Source: Stegostoma tigrinum
Lineage: Eukaryota
Reading direction: 5' to 3'
NCBI RefSeq assembly: GCF_030684315.1
Contig: NC_081358.1
Span: 2,976,001-3,040,000 of the forward strand
DNA length: 64,000 nucleotides
The translations under genes and the position numbers were made by a program. The notes beneath the pieces were generated by a model. It had not been told where the DNA came from and made no database searches. It saw nothing but the letters and a program-made list of their open reading frames with translations. Position 1 is the first letter of the stretch; every line of letters starts with the position of its first letter. Shown here piece by piece: positions 37,801 to 50,175 of the stretch.

Positions 37801-38599
37801 GGTAGATTGGAATGTGGAGTAATCAGATCAGCCATGGCCTAATAGAATGGTGAAGCAGACTCACTCGTGAGGTCATATACCTTATATGTTTGTTTAACAG
37901 GTAGTATCTTTGAAGTCTTAGAGCGACTTAACATGACAAATGGTGTTAGTATGATCTCTCTGGATTTCCAAAAGACATTTGATAGTGAATCAAAATGGAC
38001 TTGTTGGCAATATTGAAAGCCATGGAATTAAACTTACAGTGGCTGCATAACAAATGAATTGACGATATGTTATGAAGCAGGAAATAGTGATGAATATATG
38101 TTCTTTTCCAAGTTCACTGAATTATAGATTGATTATGGTATAAAAAGAAGCCATTCAACCTGTCTTTGCTGGCAACCTGGAAAAGAAAAATCACAAAGCA
38201 ACTGTCTCACATTTTGAGGTAGCAACAACTGCCTATGCTGGAGTCAGAGATAACACAGCTTAGAGCTGGAGAACACAACATTCCAGGCAGCTTCAGAGAA
38301 GCAGGAAAGTTGATGTTTCAGATTGGAACCCTTTTTCTTAAGAAGTGTCCCAAACCAAAACATCAACTTTCCAGCTCCTCTGATGTTGCCTGGCCTGCTG
38401 TGTTCCTCCAGGTCCACACTGGGTTGTCTCACAGTTTGCTTTTTTCCATGCAGTTATTCAGCTTCAGGAAATTATCCAATCAAGAGAAGTAAAATCCATA
38501 AATGCCTGCAATACTCAGTGGGTCTGCATCACCCATGGAAAGAGAAATGGAATTATTTTTCTTTCCATTTGCACATAACACTTCTTCAGAACTGAAGAA

Positions 38600-40125
38600 A
38601 GATGTAAACAAACATGTTTGAAGCCATTAAAAATGTAAGGAAAGGAAGAGACAAAGAATAAAAAGATGGTCTGGGACTGGGGAGAAGCCAGAAGAGATTA
38701 AATGCCAAAGATGTTTCTACAACTATGTTAAGGACAAAAGAGTAACTAGAATATTTTGCATCAATACTTACTGTGGAGAAGAATATTGAAGCTAGAGAAC
38801 ATGGGGAAATTAATAGCGATAACTTGAAAAATGTCCATATTACAGAGGAGGAGGTGCTGGACGGCTTAAAATGCATAAAGGTGGATAAATCCCTGGGATG
38901 AGATCAGGTGTGCACTGGAACTTTGTGGGAAACTAGGGAAGAGATTACTGGGCCTGTTGCTGCGATATTTGTATCATGGTCAGCAACAGATGAGGTGCCA
39001 GAAGACTGGAGGTTGGCTAACGTGGTGCCACTATTTAAGAAAGGTGGTAAGGAAAAGTCAGGGACCTATAGATTGGTGAGCCTGACATCAGTGCTGGGCA
39101 AGTTGTTGGAGGAAAATCTGAGGGACAGTAATTACATATATTTAGAAAGGCAAGGACAGATTAGGGATAACACTATAGATCACATGGAATACAGGGAGAA
39201 CTAGCCATTTGAATACAGAACTGGCTTGAAGGCAGAGATTAGTGGTGGATGGTTGCTTTTTAGATTGGAGGTCTGTGACTGGGAGTGTGCCACGAGGATT
39301 GGTGCTGGGCCCACTGGTTTTTGTCATTGATATAAATGATTAAGATGTGAATATAGGAAGTATGGTTAGTAAGTTTATAGATGACACCAAAATTGGAGGT
39401 GTAGTGGACAATGAAGAAGATTATCCTGATCAGATGGGCCAATCAGTTGAGGAGTACAAGTGGAGAGAGATAATGGGAACTGCAGATGCTGGAGAATCCA
39501 AGATAACAAAGTTGGGGGCTGGATGAACACAGCAGGCCAAGCAGCATCTTAGGACATTGGTTAGGCGACTTTTGGAATACTGCACCCAATTCTGGTGTCA
39601 CTGCTGTAGGAAGGATGTTATGAAACTTGAACGTTTTCAGAAACGATTTACAAGAATGTTGCTAAGGTTGGAGGGTTTGAGCTATAGGGTGAGGCTGAAT
39701 AGTCTGGGGCCATTTTCCCTGGAGCATCAGAGGCCAAGGGGTAACCTTACAGAGGATTATAAAATCATAAGGATCATGGCAGGGTGAATAGACAAGGCCT
39801 TTCCCCCAAGTGTGGGGGCGGGGTCTAAAACTAGAGGGGCGTAGGTTTAAGGTGAGAGGGGAAAGATTTAAAAGGGACCTAAGGGTCAACTTTTTCATGC
39901 AGAGGGTTGTGTGTGTATGGTATAATCTGCCAGAGGAGGTGGTGGTCGCTGGTACAATTACAACATTAAAAAGCATCTGGATGGATATATGAATTGGAAA
40001 GGTTTAGAGGGATGTGGGCCGAATACTGGAAAATGGGACTGGCTTCATTTAGGATATCTGGTCGGTGTGGAGAGTTGGACCGAAGGGTCTGTTTCCGTGC
40101 TGTCCAGTTGTATGACTCTATGACT
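38600..40125 (+). mobile_element. Degraded, internally deleted CR1 ORF2
   Basis: VPEDWRLANVVPLFKKG, LEYCTQFW, FFMQRVV. Confidence 0.85.
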
Positions 40126-41330
40126 AAATAGATTATCACAGTTAACTTACAGATGCATGTAACAGATAAAAAGATGGATTGACAGTTCCAAAGTGAGCAT
40201 GGCATTATCCGATCCTCTCACTTGTTGACTTTCTAGAACGCAGAGACTCGGCCAGTTGGGAATTCATGTAAAATTCCGTCACACCGACGGTGCTCTCTTG
40301 TATTATCCACCTGAACGAATGATGATGACATTGAAAAGGATGGTGTGTAGTGCAGGTACTCTTGGTGTACTGCTGTACTGTTTTATTTGTAGAATAGCTG
40401 TTGGGTTTTTCCCAGGGCCGTGCGAGCTGTGCATCCGAAATCACATATACGGCAAACTCCAATGACGGCAGACTTCCTCTTGGGAAGATCATTTATTTTA
40501 ATGACAATCTCGTCGTTTACTGAACGCTTTTGCGGATACTTCTTGTAAAAGCGGATATAAAATTTAAACCTGCAGGTCCCGTGATGAATTTCATCTCATA
40601 TGCCCAGGTCATTGAGACATTAGATCATGAGTTCAGTAAATCTTGCAACATAACCACGTGTACTCCGAATGTAGATCTGCTTTGGGATGCTCGCCATAGA
40701 TTTTAAACCGGGATCAGCGGATCATAAACAATAACTTTAGTTCAGAAAGGAGACAGTGAGGACCGCAAATGCTAGAAGCTATTGTCAATAAACTTGGAGC
40801 TAGACCAGCACAGCAGGTCAGACAGCATCAGAGGAGCAGGAAGGTCAACGTTTGGGGCTGAAACCCTTCGTCAAGACTACATTTGTCCAACCCCACGTTT
40901 AGTGGCTTTACTTCGGTTAATTGGGAGTTCAGAGCACGTATTTCTTTGTCAATATTTTGGGAATTTAAACTCAGAGCGAATGGAGCGAATTCACTGTTAA
41001 ATTTGATCTTTCTGCCACAGTGGCGTTTGCCCCCACCACACCACTCACTTCTTTCCCTCCCAAGTCGACCTGCACGCACCTCCCAGCCTGATGCTAACGA
41101 GCAGGTCAATTCGGAGCAACTTGTGCGAAATTCCGAAACGGAATTTTCAGTTAACACCTGCCGTGTATGTGCGAGCAAAAGAAACGAAGGAGAGTAAAAC
41201 GGTCTCACATTTTACGAAGAGGCATTAAAGTGGGCGGGTTCAATTTATACTAAAAGCGGAAATTCCCGCTGTTATAGACAATAACCTCGAACCGCAGTAG
41301 CTCAGTACAGACGGAGCAGGTCTCTGCACC

Positions 41331-41742
41331 ATGTTCAGGGTGATTTTGGCACTACTTTTATCCTGTACGTATTTAACGTTTACTCAAGTGTCATGTAAAT
41401 CCCGATTCATCTTCGCTTTCAACGTAACTTTGTTAATTTTATTTTCCCAGATGTGCGTTTGGCTGAGTCTATAACACAGTCACCGATATCGTATGTAACC
41501 AAGCTCGGTAAAAGTGCCAGGTTTAAATGTACCGTAGACAGCGGCAGCACCACGGTCCATTGGTACCAGCGCCGGGAAGGTCAGGCGCCCTCCAGAATAC
41601 TTTATTATGACAGCAGCGTCGTACGGGATCCGGAATTCGGCAGCAGGTTTAAAGCGGATAAGAGGAACACTTTGTGCACTTTGATCATCAATAACATCGA
41701 GAAGGAAGACGCTGCCACATATTACTGCGCCTATTGGGACAG
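41331..41742 (+). CDS. TRGV: TCR gamma-like V segment V5 (leader 41331-41364, intron 41365-41450, V exon 41451-41742)
   Basis: Leader MFRVILALLLS, GTACGT...TTTTCCCAG intron, exon AESITQSPIS...RFKC...VHWYQRREGQAP...EDAATYYCAYWDS. Confidence 0.92.
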
Positions 41743-41781
41743 CACAGTGTTCAACAGAGACTGAAAGCCTTTGCAAATACA
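41743..41781 (+). other. 23-spacer RSS of V5
   Basis: CACAGTG, 23 nt spacer, GCAAATACA. Confidence 0.9.
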
Positions 41782-42651
41782 CGGCGCTTCAGCTCGGTCT
41801 ACACTCAGCTCCCACACCAACAACACCAGCTTGCATTTATAAAGCGCCTTTGATGCAGTTAATCGTGCCAAAATATCTCAGAGGATACACTGCAAAACAA
41901 AATTTAACACGACGCTAAATACATGTCACAACGCTTCTGAGGAAGGGTCACCAGACCCGAAACGTTAGCTCTGTTTTCTCCTTCACAGATAGTGCCAGAC
42001 CTGCTGAGCTCTTCCAGCAACTTGGTTTTTGTTCCTGATTTAAAACATCCGCAGTTCTTTTGGTTTTTATTTGCTAAATGCATGTCGGTGGATGTGTATT
42101 TGAGGCGGACCCTTGGTTGTGAATTGTTAAGGCACATTTGGTATGACGTAATAAAATCCGAAAGACCTGAGGACGCTGTAAAGCAGAAACCAAACCAGAA
42201 GTTGCTGAGAAAAGCTAGGAGGCCTGGCAGCATCTGCGGAGAGAAATCAGAGTTAACGTTTCGGATCTAGTGACAGTTCCTTGTCTGAGTTCTGAGGAAG
42301 GGTCACTGGGCCCGAGACGTTAATTCTGATTTCACTCCACGGATGCTCCAGACCTTCTAAGCTTCAGCAACAATTTCTGTATTTCTTTCGGGTTTAGTCA
42401 AGGATGGGAATGAAGCGCGGGTTTAGGAGAAGAGATGGGTTGGCGCTTGGGAAGATCGGGAATGGCGAGACCAGGGGTTGTCCCGCTAATTCTGGAATAT
42501 GCAAAATATAAGGTGATTGTCTAAAACAGCCTACTTCTGAATTCGAGTAATGTTCTATCTACCTGACATATAATGTATAAGTGTCCAATTAGTCCTCTCT
42601 GAGTTGGAGTGCGACCTCGGAATCGTCTCCAGGATAGACTCACCCAATGTT

Positions 42652-42860
42652 AACAAGGTGTAGAGCTGGATGAACACAGCAGGCCAAGCAGCATCAGAGG
42701 AGCAAGAAGGCTGACGTTTCAGGCCTAGGTCTGCTTCATCAGGTCTAGGCCTGAAACGTCAGCCTTCCTGCTCCTATGATGCTGCTTGATCTACTGTGTC
42801 CATCCAGCTCTACACCTCCTTATTTCGGATTCTCCAGCATCTGCAGTTCCTATGATCTCT
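42652..42860. mobile_element. Mini palindromic PLE end with 17-bp TSD
   Basis: TSD TAGACTCACCCAATGTT at 42635-42651 and 42861-42877; empty paralogous site at ~26063-26085. Confidence 0.85.
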
Positions 42861-42979
42861 TAGACTCACCCAATGTTGGTTCAAATTGAAGTGTCGTTGA
42901 CCCGGACCTACAGGCTCCTGATTGTATTTCGCACAGTAATCTAACACTACAGCATGAAGTAAGACATATTCGAGAGCGA

Positions 42980-44912
42980 ATTCTCTCTTCCTACCTTGAC
43001 TCAGTCTTCTCCCCCCCCTCCCCCGTCCAATCCCTACCCACATAGGTCCATGATTCATCTGACGCCTTACGCCTGTTTCAAAGCTTCCAGTTTACGGGCG
43101 CCAGCCACCTCCCCTTTACCATGGACGTGCAATCCCTTTACACATCCATTCCCCAGCAGGAGGGCCTTAGGAGTTTCTGCTTCTTCCTGGAGCAAAGACC
43201 TGAACCATTCCCCCCCCCCCCCCCCCCACCCACCAACCACTAGCCTCCTCCACTTGGCCGAGCTTGTTCTCACCCTCAACAGCTTCTCTTTCAACTCCGC
43301 TCATTTTCTTCAGGTAAGAGTGGTTGCCATGGGTACCCGCATGGGCCCGACTTATGCCTGTCTCTTCTTGGGGTATGTGGAACATTCCTTGTTCCAGTCC
43401 TATTCCGGCCTCCACCCACAACTCTTTCTCTGACACATCGATGATATCATCGGGGCTGCTTCCCTCTCTCACCCAGAATTGGAAAACTTCATCAATTTCA
43501 CCCCCAATTTCCACCCTGCCCTCACTTTCACTTGATCTATCTCTGGCTCCTCCCTTCCCTTTCTCGACATTTCTGTCTCTGTTTCTGGGGATAGACTGGC
43601 CACTAATATCCATTACAAACCCACTGATTCCCACAGCTACTTAGACTATACATCCTCACACTCCACTTCCTGTAAAGACTTCATCCCATTCTCTCAGTTC
43701 CTCCGTCTCCGTCGCGTACGCTCAGATGAGGCCAACTTCGACAAGGGAGCCTCCGAATGTCCACCTTCTTCCTCAACTGAGGATTCCCCAGCTCCGTTGT
43801 TGACAGGGCCCTCAACCAGGTCCGACCCATCTCTCACACTTCTGCCCTCACCCCTTCTCTTTGCTACCACAAGAGTGATAGGGTCCCCCTTATCCCCACC
43901 TGCCATCCCACCAGCATCCACATCGAGAAGATCATCAGACGCCATTTCTGCCACCTCCAGCAAGATGCCACCACCAGACACATATTGTCCTCCCGGCCAT
44001 TGTCCACCTTCTGCAGGGACCGTTCCCTCCGGAACACCCTGGTCCACACTTCCTTCACCCCTACACCTCCCCACAGCCCTACGGCACCTTCCCCTGTAAC
44101 TGAAGGTGCAACACCTGCCCATTTACCTCCTCCCTGCCCAGAATCCAAGGGCCCAAACATACCTTCCAGGTGAAGCAACACTTCACCTGCACTTCCATGA
44201 ATCTAGTCTACTGCATTCACTGCTCACAATGTGGTCTCCTCTACATTGGGGAAACGAAACATAGACTTGGCGACCGCTTTGCAGAACATCTACCTTCTGC
44301 TCACAAAAAAGACCCTGAACTTCCTGTTGCCCGCCACTTCAATGCACCACCTTGCTCCCTGGCCAGCATCTCTGTCTCCAGCTTGCTACAGTGTTCCAGT
44401 GAGGCTCAGTGCAAGCTGGAGGAACAGCACCTCATTTTCCACTTGGGGACACTACAGCCCTCGGGACTCAATATTGAGTTCAATCATTTTAGGGCCTAAA
44501 CTTCCTCATGTCCCAGCCGCCCCCCCCCCCCCACCCCACGCACCACGCCTTGTTACCACATAGTCTGCCACGACATACCTCCCTGTTGTTCGTCATTAAC
44601 AGCCCCCATTAACAACTACTCACCCTCCCAGCCTGACCGTTAGCAACTCCTTTGTCTGTCCAACTGTCTTTCTCTCTGTTTAGGTTCCATCCTATCATTT
44701 ACTCCCTACCCCCCCCCCCCCCCAAACCACGTCCCTATTTTTCTACATATAAACTGACGTTTTCCCATTCACCATCAGTTCTGAGGAAGTGTCACCAGAC
44801 CCGAAACGTTAACTCTGTTTTCTCCTCCCCAGATGCTGCCAGACCTGCTGAGCTTGTCCAGCAATTTTGTTTCGGTTTCTGATTTACAGCATCGGAAGTT
44901 CTTTTGGTTTTT
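42980..44912 (+). mobile_element. 5'-truncated PLE of a second subfamily (RT, GIY-YIG, hammerhead pseudo-LTR)
   Basis: VAMGTRMGPTYACLFLGYVE, FTCTSMNLVYCIHCSQCGLLYIGETKHRLGDRFAEH, CTGAGGAAGTGTCACCAGACCCGAAACGTTA at 44781-44811; ATATTCGAGA on both flanks. Confidence 0.92.
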
Positions 44913-45741
44913 ATATTCGAGAACGTCTCATTCATTCACAATCGAAAGAATTAAGTATTGAAGACAGATTCAATAATCTTGGCTTACATTCGCTTCACCT
45001 TAAATGAATAAAAACCGATCTCATTGAACTGTTTGAAATGATGTGGAAGTGCAGGTATTGGACGAGGGTGGACAAAGCCAGACATCACAAGACACTTAGC
45101 CTGACCAAAGTGCAGTGCTTCAAAAGCTTCTGCTTTCAAATACACTTAAAAAGAGAAAGGATCGGTAGAGAGTAGATTAGGAGAAATAAATTTCTCTGGT
45201 AGAGAGGAGTCCGAAAAGATTGGATAAAATCCTAAAATTACACGCCGTTCGCCCAGAGATAATTCCAGAAAGCACTGAGAAGTGGCATTCTCTCCCCCTA
45301 AAATAGTGATGTTCAGGATCAAATTAAACTTCATGATTCTGCTGTCGCCGTTTCCACCTTCACTGGGCCCACCTTTTGTTTCTTCATCAGAGAGGGGGAT
45401 GGGGGGAGGGAACTGGAATAAATAGGGAGAGAGGGGGAGGCGGACCGAAGATGGAGAGTAAAGAAGATAGGTGGAGAGAGTGTAGGTTGGGAGGTAGGGA
45501 GGGGATAGGTCAGTCCAGGGAAGACGACAAGAGAGTTGCAATGGGAGAGAGATTCCCTGAGTTTGGTCCGGAGGGAGGAGGGTAACTTCTTCAGGTTAGG
45601 CATCCCTGGAAGAGGCTTCGCAGTGAGGTTAAAATAGTATCAGAGATAATGGGGACTGCAGATGCTGGAGATTCCAAGATAATAAAATGTGAGGCTGGAT
45701 GAACACAGCAGGCCAAGCAGCATCTCAGGAGCACAAAAGCT

Positions 45742-45769
45742 GACGTTTCGGGCCTAGACCCTTCATCAG
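45742..45769 (-). ncRNA. Minimal hammerhead motif, antisense copy
   Basis: Exact reverse complement of 46312-46339. Confidence 0.7.
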
Positions 45770-46311
45770 AGAGGGGGATGGGGGGAGGGAACTGGAATAA
45801 ATAGGGAGAGAGGGGGAGGCGGACCGAAGATGGAGAGTAAAGAAGATAGGTGGAGAGAGTGTAGGTGGGGAGGTAGGGAGGGGATAGGTCAGTCCAGGGA
45901 AGACGACAAGAGAGTTGCAATGGGAGAGAGATTCCCTGAGGTTGGTCCGGAGGGAGGAGGGTAACTTGTGCTCCTGAGATGCTGCTTGGCCTGCTGTGTT
46001 CATCCAGCCTCACATTTTATTATCTTGGAATCTCCAGCATCTGCAGTCCCCATTATCTCTGATACTATTTTAACCTCACTGCGAAGCCTCTTCCAGGGAT
46101 GCCTAACCTGAAGAAGTTACCCTCCTCCCTCCGGACCAACCTCAGGGAATCTCTCTCCCATTGCAACTCTCTTGTCGTCTTCCCTGGACTGACCTATCCC
46201 CTCCCTACCTCCCCACCTACACTCTCTCCACCTATCTTCTTTACTCTCCATCTTCGGTCCGCCTCCCCCTCTCTCCCTATTTATTCCAGTTCCCTCCCCC
46301 CATCCCCCTCT

Positions 46312-46339
46312 CTGATGAAGGGTCTAGGCCCGAAACGTC
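46312..46339 (+). ncRNA. Minimal type I hammerhead ribozyme motif (representative; over 10 related copies in the window)
   Basis: CTGATGA-A-GGGTC-TA-GGCCC-GAAAC-GTC: core boxes, stem II, palindromic ACGT mini stem III and GUC triplet, in a PLE pseudo-LTR where such motifs are known. Confidence 0.7.
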
Positions 46340-46836
46340 AGCTTTTGTGCTCCTGAGATGCTGCTTGGCCTGCTGTGTTCATCCAGCCTCACATTTTATT
46401 ATCTTGGAATCTCCAGCATCTGCAGTCCCCATTATCTCTCTCTCTCCACCTTTTGTTTCTGTTCACTTCCCATTACCATCACCGTTCCCTTTGCCCTCCC
46501 ATCCCTTCTGTTATTTTACTCCCCTTTCCTCCAGCCGGCCACAGTGAAAGCTCCCCCTTCCCTGTTTCCCTGCCTTCTTACGGGCTTAACACTCTGTCAA
46601 TGTCTTAACGCTTTCCTGCTCAGGTCTCTGAAGTAGTAACTCTGTTTCTGTCTCACCACAGTTGCTGCTTCAGTATTTCCAATATTTTCTGTTTATATTG
46701 CAAAGAACCAACTTGCAGTGCAGGGGGCGGGCTTGAAACCCTGACCAATATCTCACTGATTGGTTTGAAGGAAGTGAATCGTTTCCTTTTAGTCTCTAAC
46801 CAGCTGGTTGAGAGAACAGTTGAAGATTGAGTGAAG

Positions 46837-47278
46837 ATGTCGCTGTACTGCTGGCTCATTGCGGTAACCGCTTTGCCCTGTATGTGTTTCTGACGCTATT
46901 ATTCAGATCCTGCTGTTCATTCACATCCATCACATCGTTCCATGGTAACCCTGTATATTCTTTCCTCAGGCGGATATTTTGCACAAACACTGAAACAGAT
47001 TGTCCCATCCATTACCAAAACTGTGGGTAAAACCGCTAGATTCAAATGCGAAGTCGAAGGTGCAACTATCAGCCACGATAATCCCCTTCACTGGTACCAG
47101 CACAAGCCGGGCCAGGCACCCACCCGAATCCTTTATTATGGATCAGGCACAACGTGGGATCCGGGATTCGGTGAACGGTTCAAAGCCGGGAAATCTAAAG
47201 ACAAAGTATTCTACCTCACAATCGACAAACTAGAGCCAGAGGACACCGCCACCTATTACTGTGCGTACTGGATAGATA
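46837..47278 (+). CDS. TRGV: TCR gamma-like V segment V6, close paralog of V2 (leader 46837-46879, intron 46880-46969, V exon 46970-47278)
   Basis: Same exon structure as V2, offset by 19600 bp. Twelve substitutions in the V exon plus a 4-nt (GATA) longer 3' end. Confidence 0.92.
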
Positions 47279-47317
47279 CACAGTGCAACACATCAATACA
47301 AAGTTTGTACAAAAATA
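47279..47317 (+). other. 23-spacer RSS of V6
   Basis: CACAGTG, 23 nt spacer identical to that of V2, ACAAAAATA. Confidence 0.92.
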
Positions 47318-47784
47318 CTGAACGATTTGAAGCGAAACATTTCGAGGAATTCACAGACTCCTCCCCTATTTGGGTAAAGTAGCGACGACACCACAGCTGG
47401 ATCTGTGTCCGAGCTTCCTCCGTCTGAATTCGTGACATGGAGAGTGATGTGAAGCCGGCCAGGTCTGGGCTGTTTTGATTTATACACTTCCTCTGATCTT
47501 GGAGTGAGAGCACCGAGGGCAAGCTCACTGTAGGACTCACGGTTTTTGGTAGATGTTGGGGTGAAGTTATGCCACGGAGTTCTAAGCTGAGTAAACAGAG
47601 AGATACAAAATAAAATTTCTATTTTAGTTGGAGTAAGTTGCGATCTCGGAACTTCTGCTTGAAAGGATGGTGGAAACAGATCCCCTCGTCACTTTCAAAA
47701 GCAAGCTGGACTAAGATTTGAAATTACACTGGAATTTGGTGAGGACACTATCGGAATATTGGATACGTTTTGGTCTCCTTAGCT

Positions 47785-48953
47785 AAAGGGGTGAGGGAGG
47801 AGGTGTGGGGGCAAGTGTAGCATTTCCTGCGGTTGCAGGGGAAGGTGCCGGGTGTGGTGGGGTTGGAGGGCAGTGTGGAGCGGACAAGGGAGTCACGGAG
47901 AGAGTAGTCTCTCTGGAAAGCAGACAAGGGTGGGGATGGAAAAATGTCTTTGATGGTTGGGTCGGATTGTAGATGGTGGAAGTGTCGGAGGATGATGCGT
48001 TTGGTGGGGTGGTACGTGAGGAAGAGGGGGATTTTCTTTTGGCGGTTACTGTGGGGACGGGGTGTGAGGGATGAGTTGGGGGAAATGCGGGAGACACGGT
48101 GGAAAGAATTCGACCGTGTCTCCCGCACTTCCCACAACTCATCTCTCACACCCCCTCACCTGCCCCCATACCTCCTCCCTCACCCCATCCCAGGCCCCAA
48201 GAAGACTTTCTATATCAAGCAGATGCTCATCTGCACATCTGCCAATGTAGTATACAGCATCCACTGTACCCGGTGTGGCTTCCTCTACATTGGGGAAATC
48301 AAGCAGAGCCTTGGGGTCCGCTTTGCAGAACACCTATGCTCGGTTCGCTATAAACAACAGCACTTCCTAGTCGCGAACCATTTTAACTCCCCCTCCCATT
48401 CCTTTGACGACATGTCCATCCTGGGCCTCCTGCAGTGCCATAATGATGCCACCCGAAGGTTGCAGGGACAGCAACTCATATTCCGCTTGGGAACCCTGCA
48501 GCCCAATGGTATCAATGTGGATTTCTCAAGCTTCAAAATCTCCCCTCCCCCTGCTGCACCCCAAAGCCAGCACAGCTCGTCCCCGCCTCCCTAACCTGTT
48601 CTTCCTCTCACATATCCCCTCCTCCCACCTCACGCCGCACCTCCATTTCCTACCTACTAATCTCATCCCGCCCCCTTGACCTGTCCGTCCTCCCGGGACT
48701 GACCTATCCCCTCCCTACCTCCCACCTACACTCACCTCTACTGGCTCCATCCCCGCCTCTTTAAATTGTCTGTCTCCTATTTTTTTCCTCTATCCATTTC
48801 GATCCCCCCTCTCTCCCTATTTATTTCAGAATCCTCTCCTCCTCCCCTTTTTCTGATGAGGGGTCTAGGCCTGAAACGTCAGCGTCTGTGCTCCGAAGAT
48901 GCTGCTTGGCCTGCTGTGTTCATGCAGCATCTGCAGTTCCCATTATCTCTGAT
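47785..48953. mobile_element. PLE with 5' inversion (minus ~47785-48105, plus ~48106-48953)
   Basis: CTSANVVYSIHCTRCGFLYIGEIKQSLGVRFAEH; hammerhead at ~48853-48880. Confidence 0.88.
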
Positions 48954-49859
48954 ACAATGAGTCAATTGGGTTTGTATTCACTGGAAGAATGAGTGTGAAT
49001 CTCATGGAAACCTATATCATTCGAACAGGGCTAAATTGCAGGAAAGATTTCCCCCATCGTGGGTGACTCCAGAGCCAGGGCTCACAGTTTAAAGAATAAA
49101 ACAAGGATGTTTTAGGACTAAGAAGTGAAGAGTTTGCTTCAGCCAGAGAGTTGAGAACCTGTGGAATTTATTCCGCAGAAAGTGGTTGAGGCCAAGCATT
49201 GAATATTTTCAAGAAGGAAGTCGGTGTAGCTCTTGTTACGAAAGGGATCAAGGGTTATGGGGGCAAGTGTGGGGACGAGATGGGATTCAAGTATTGAGCT
49301 CCGTGATCAGTCAATATCATATTAAATAGTGGAGCAGGGTCGAGAGGTGGAACCGCCTGCTCTGCTCCTGTCTTTTATGGTTCTATATTTTAGGGCTACC
49401 GGGACAAGGCAATGCAATTGATTGAGAGATTTTTCGGAGAAGCAGAACCGGCAAAACGATAGGCTGAATAGTCTAGCCTTTACTGGAAGATTCTATGGTG
49501 CCACCATCTACAACTCAGGCTAAAAGTTCCTCCACTCCAAAGTACCATGTTTAGCGAATTTTTCACGTTGAAACGTCAAAAGATCCCAGTAACTGGTTCT
49601 CTGGACGAGCAAGCCAGGAGATTAAAATAGCTGCAATGCTAACATCGCCTGCGCTTTTCCCCCAATCGTAAGTCATATCGCTGCCGTTTTCAGATGACAC
49701 CCAGAAATATCAACTTGATGTCGGGATTGTGGAACAGAATTGTTAAAACTTACCCTCCTGCTAACAATGGAAGAATGTGCAATTCTTTAGCACAGTTCCC
49801 AGCCTCGGAAAGCCCCGCAAAACATCTTACAGCCCATGAATTATTCTCTGAAGAGAGCG

Positions 49860-50175
49860 ACGGCACAGTGAAATTATCACACAACTATTAATCCAGAAAG
49901 CCCAGGTGTTGTCCTGAGGATCCAGGTTCGAGTGGTAGGATTTGAATTCAACAAATATCTTGGATTAAAATTCTAATGATGACTGTTGCCGATTGTCGGA
50001 GAAAAATGCATCTGGTTCGCTTTTGGCCGTTTAGGGAAGTTTCACCTACGTGTGACTCCACACCCACAGCAATGTAACTGATTCTTAGCTGTCTTCTGAG
50101 CAGTTAGGGTTGGCCAATAAAGTCTGGCCTGGTCTGTGACACCACGTCCTGCGAATGAACATTAATGAAAAGAAA
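49860..50175 (+). mobile_element. Degraded SacSINE1/DeuSINE-like SINE
   Basis: tRNA-like head (GGCACAGTG...GGTTCGAG) and a tail similar to 6542-6731. Confidence 0.55.

Larger units (their letters stand above)
45384..46445. mobile_element. Multimeric inverted insertion of a 379-nt non-coding PLE-derived hammerhead unit
   Basis: About 1.5 units on minus (45382-45966) and 1.25 units on plus (45967-46440). 15-bp TSD CCACCTTTTGTTTCT at 45369-45383 and 46446-46460. Confidence 0.9.

Noticed and set aside
40390-40690. Possible V relic (LGKIIYFNDNLVVY resembles FR2/CDR2)
   Set aside because: No recognisable Cys, HWY, YYC or RSS; similarity too weak to support by eye.
49791-49870. RSS-like CACAGTT...GCAAAACAT and CACAGTG
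   Set aside because: The first has a 19-bp spacer and no convincing V exon upstream; the second is the head of a SINE.
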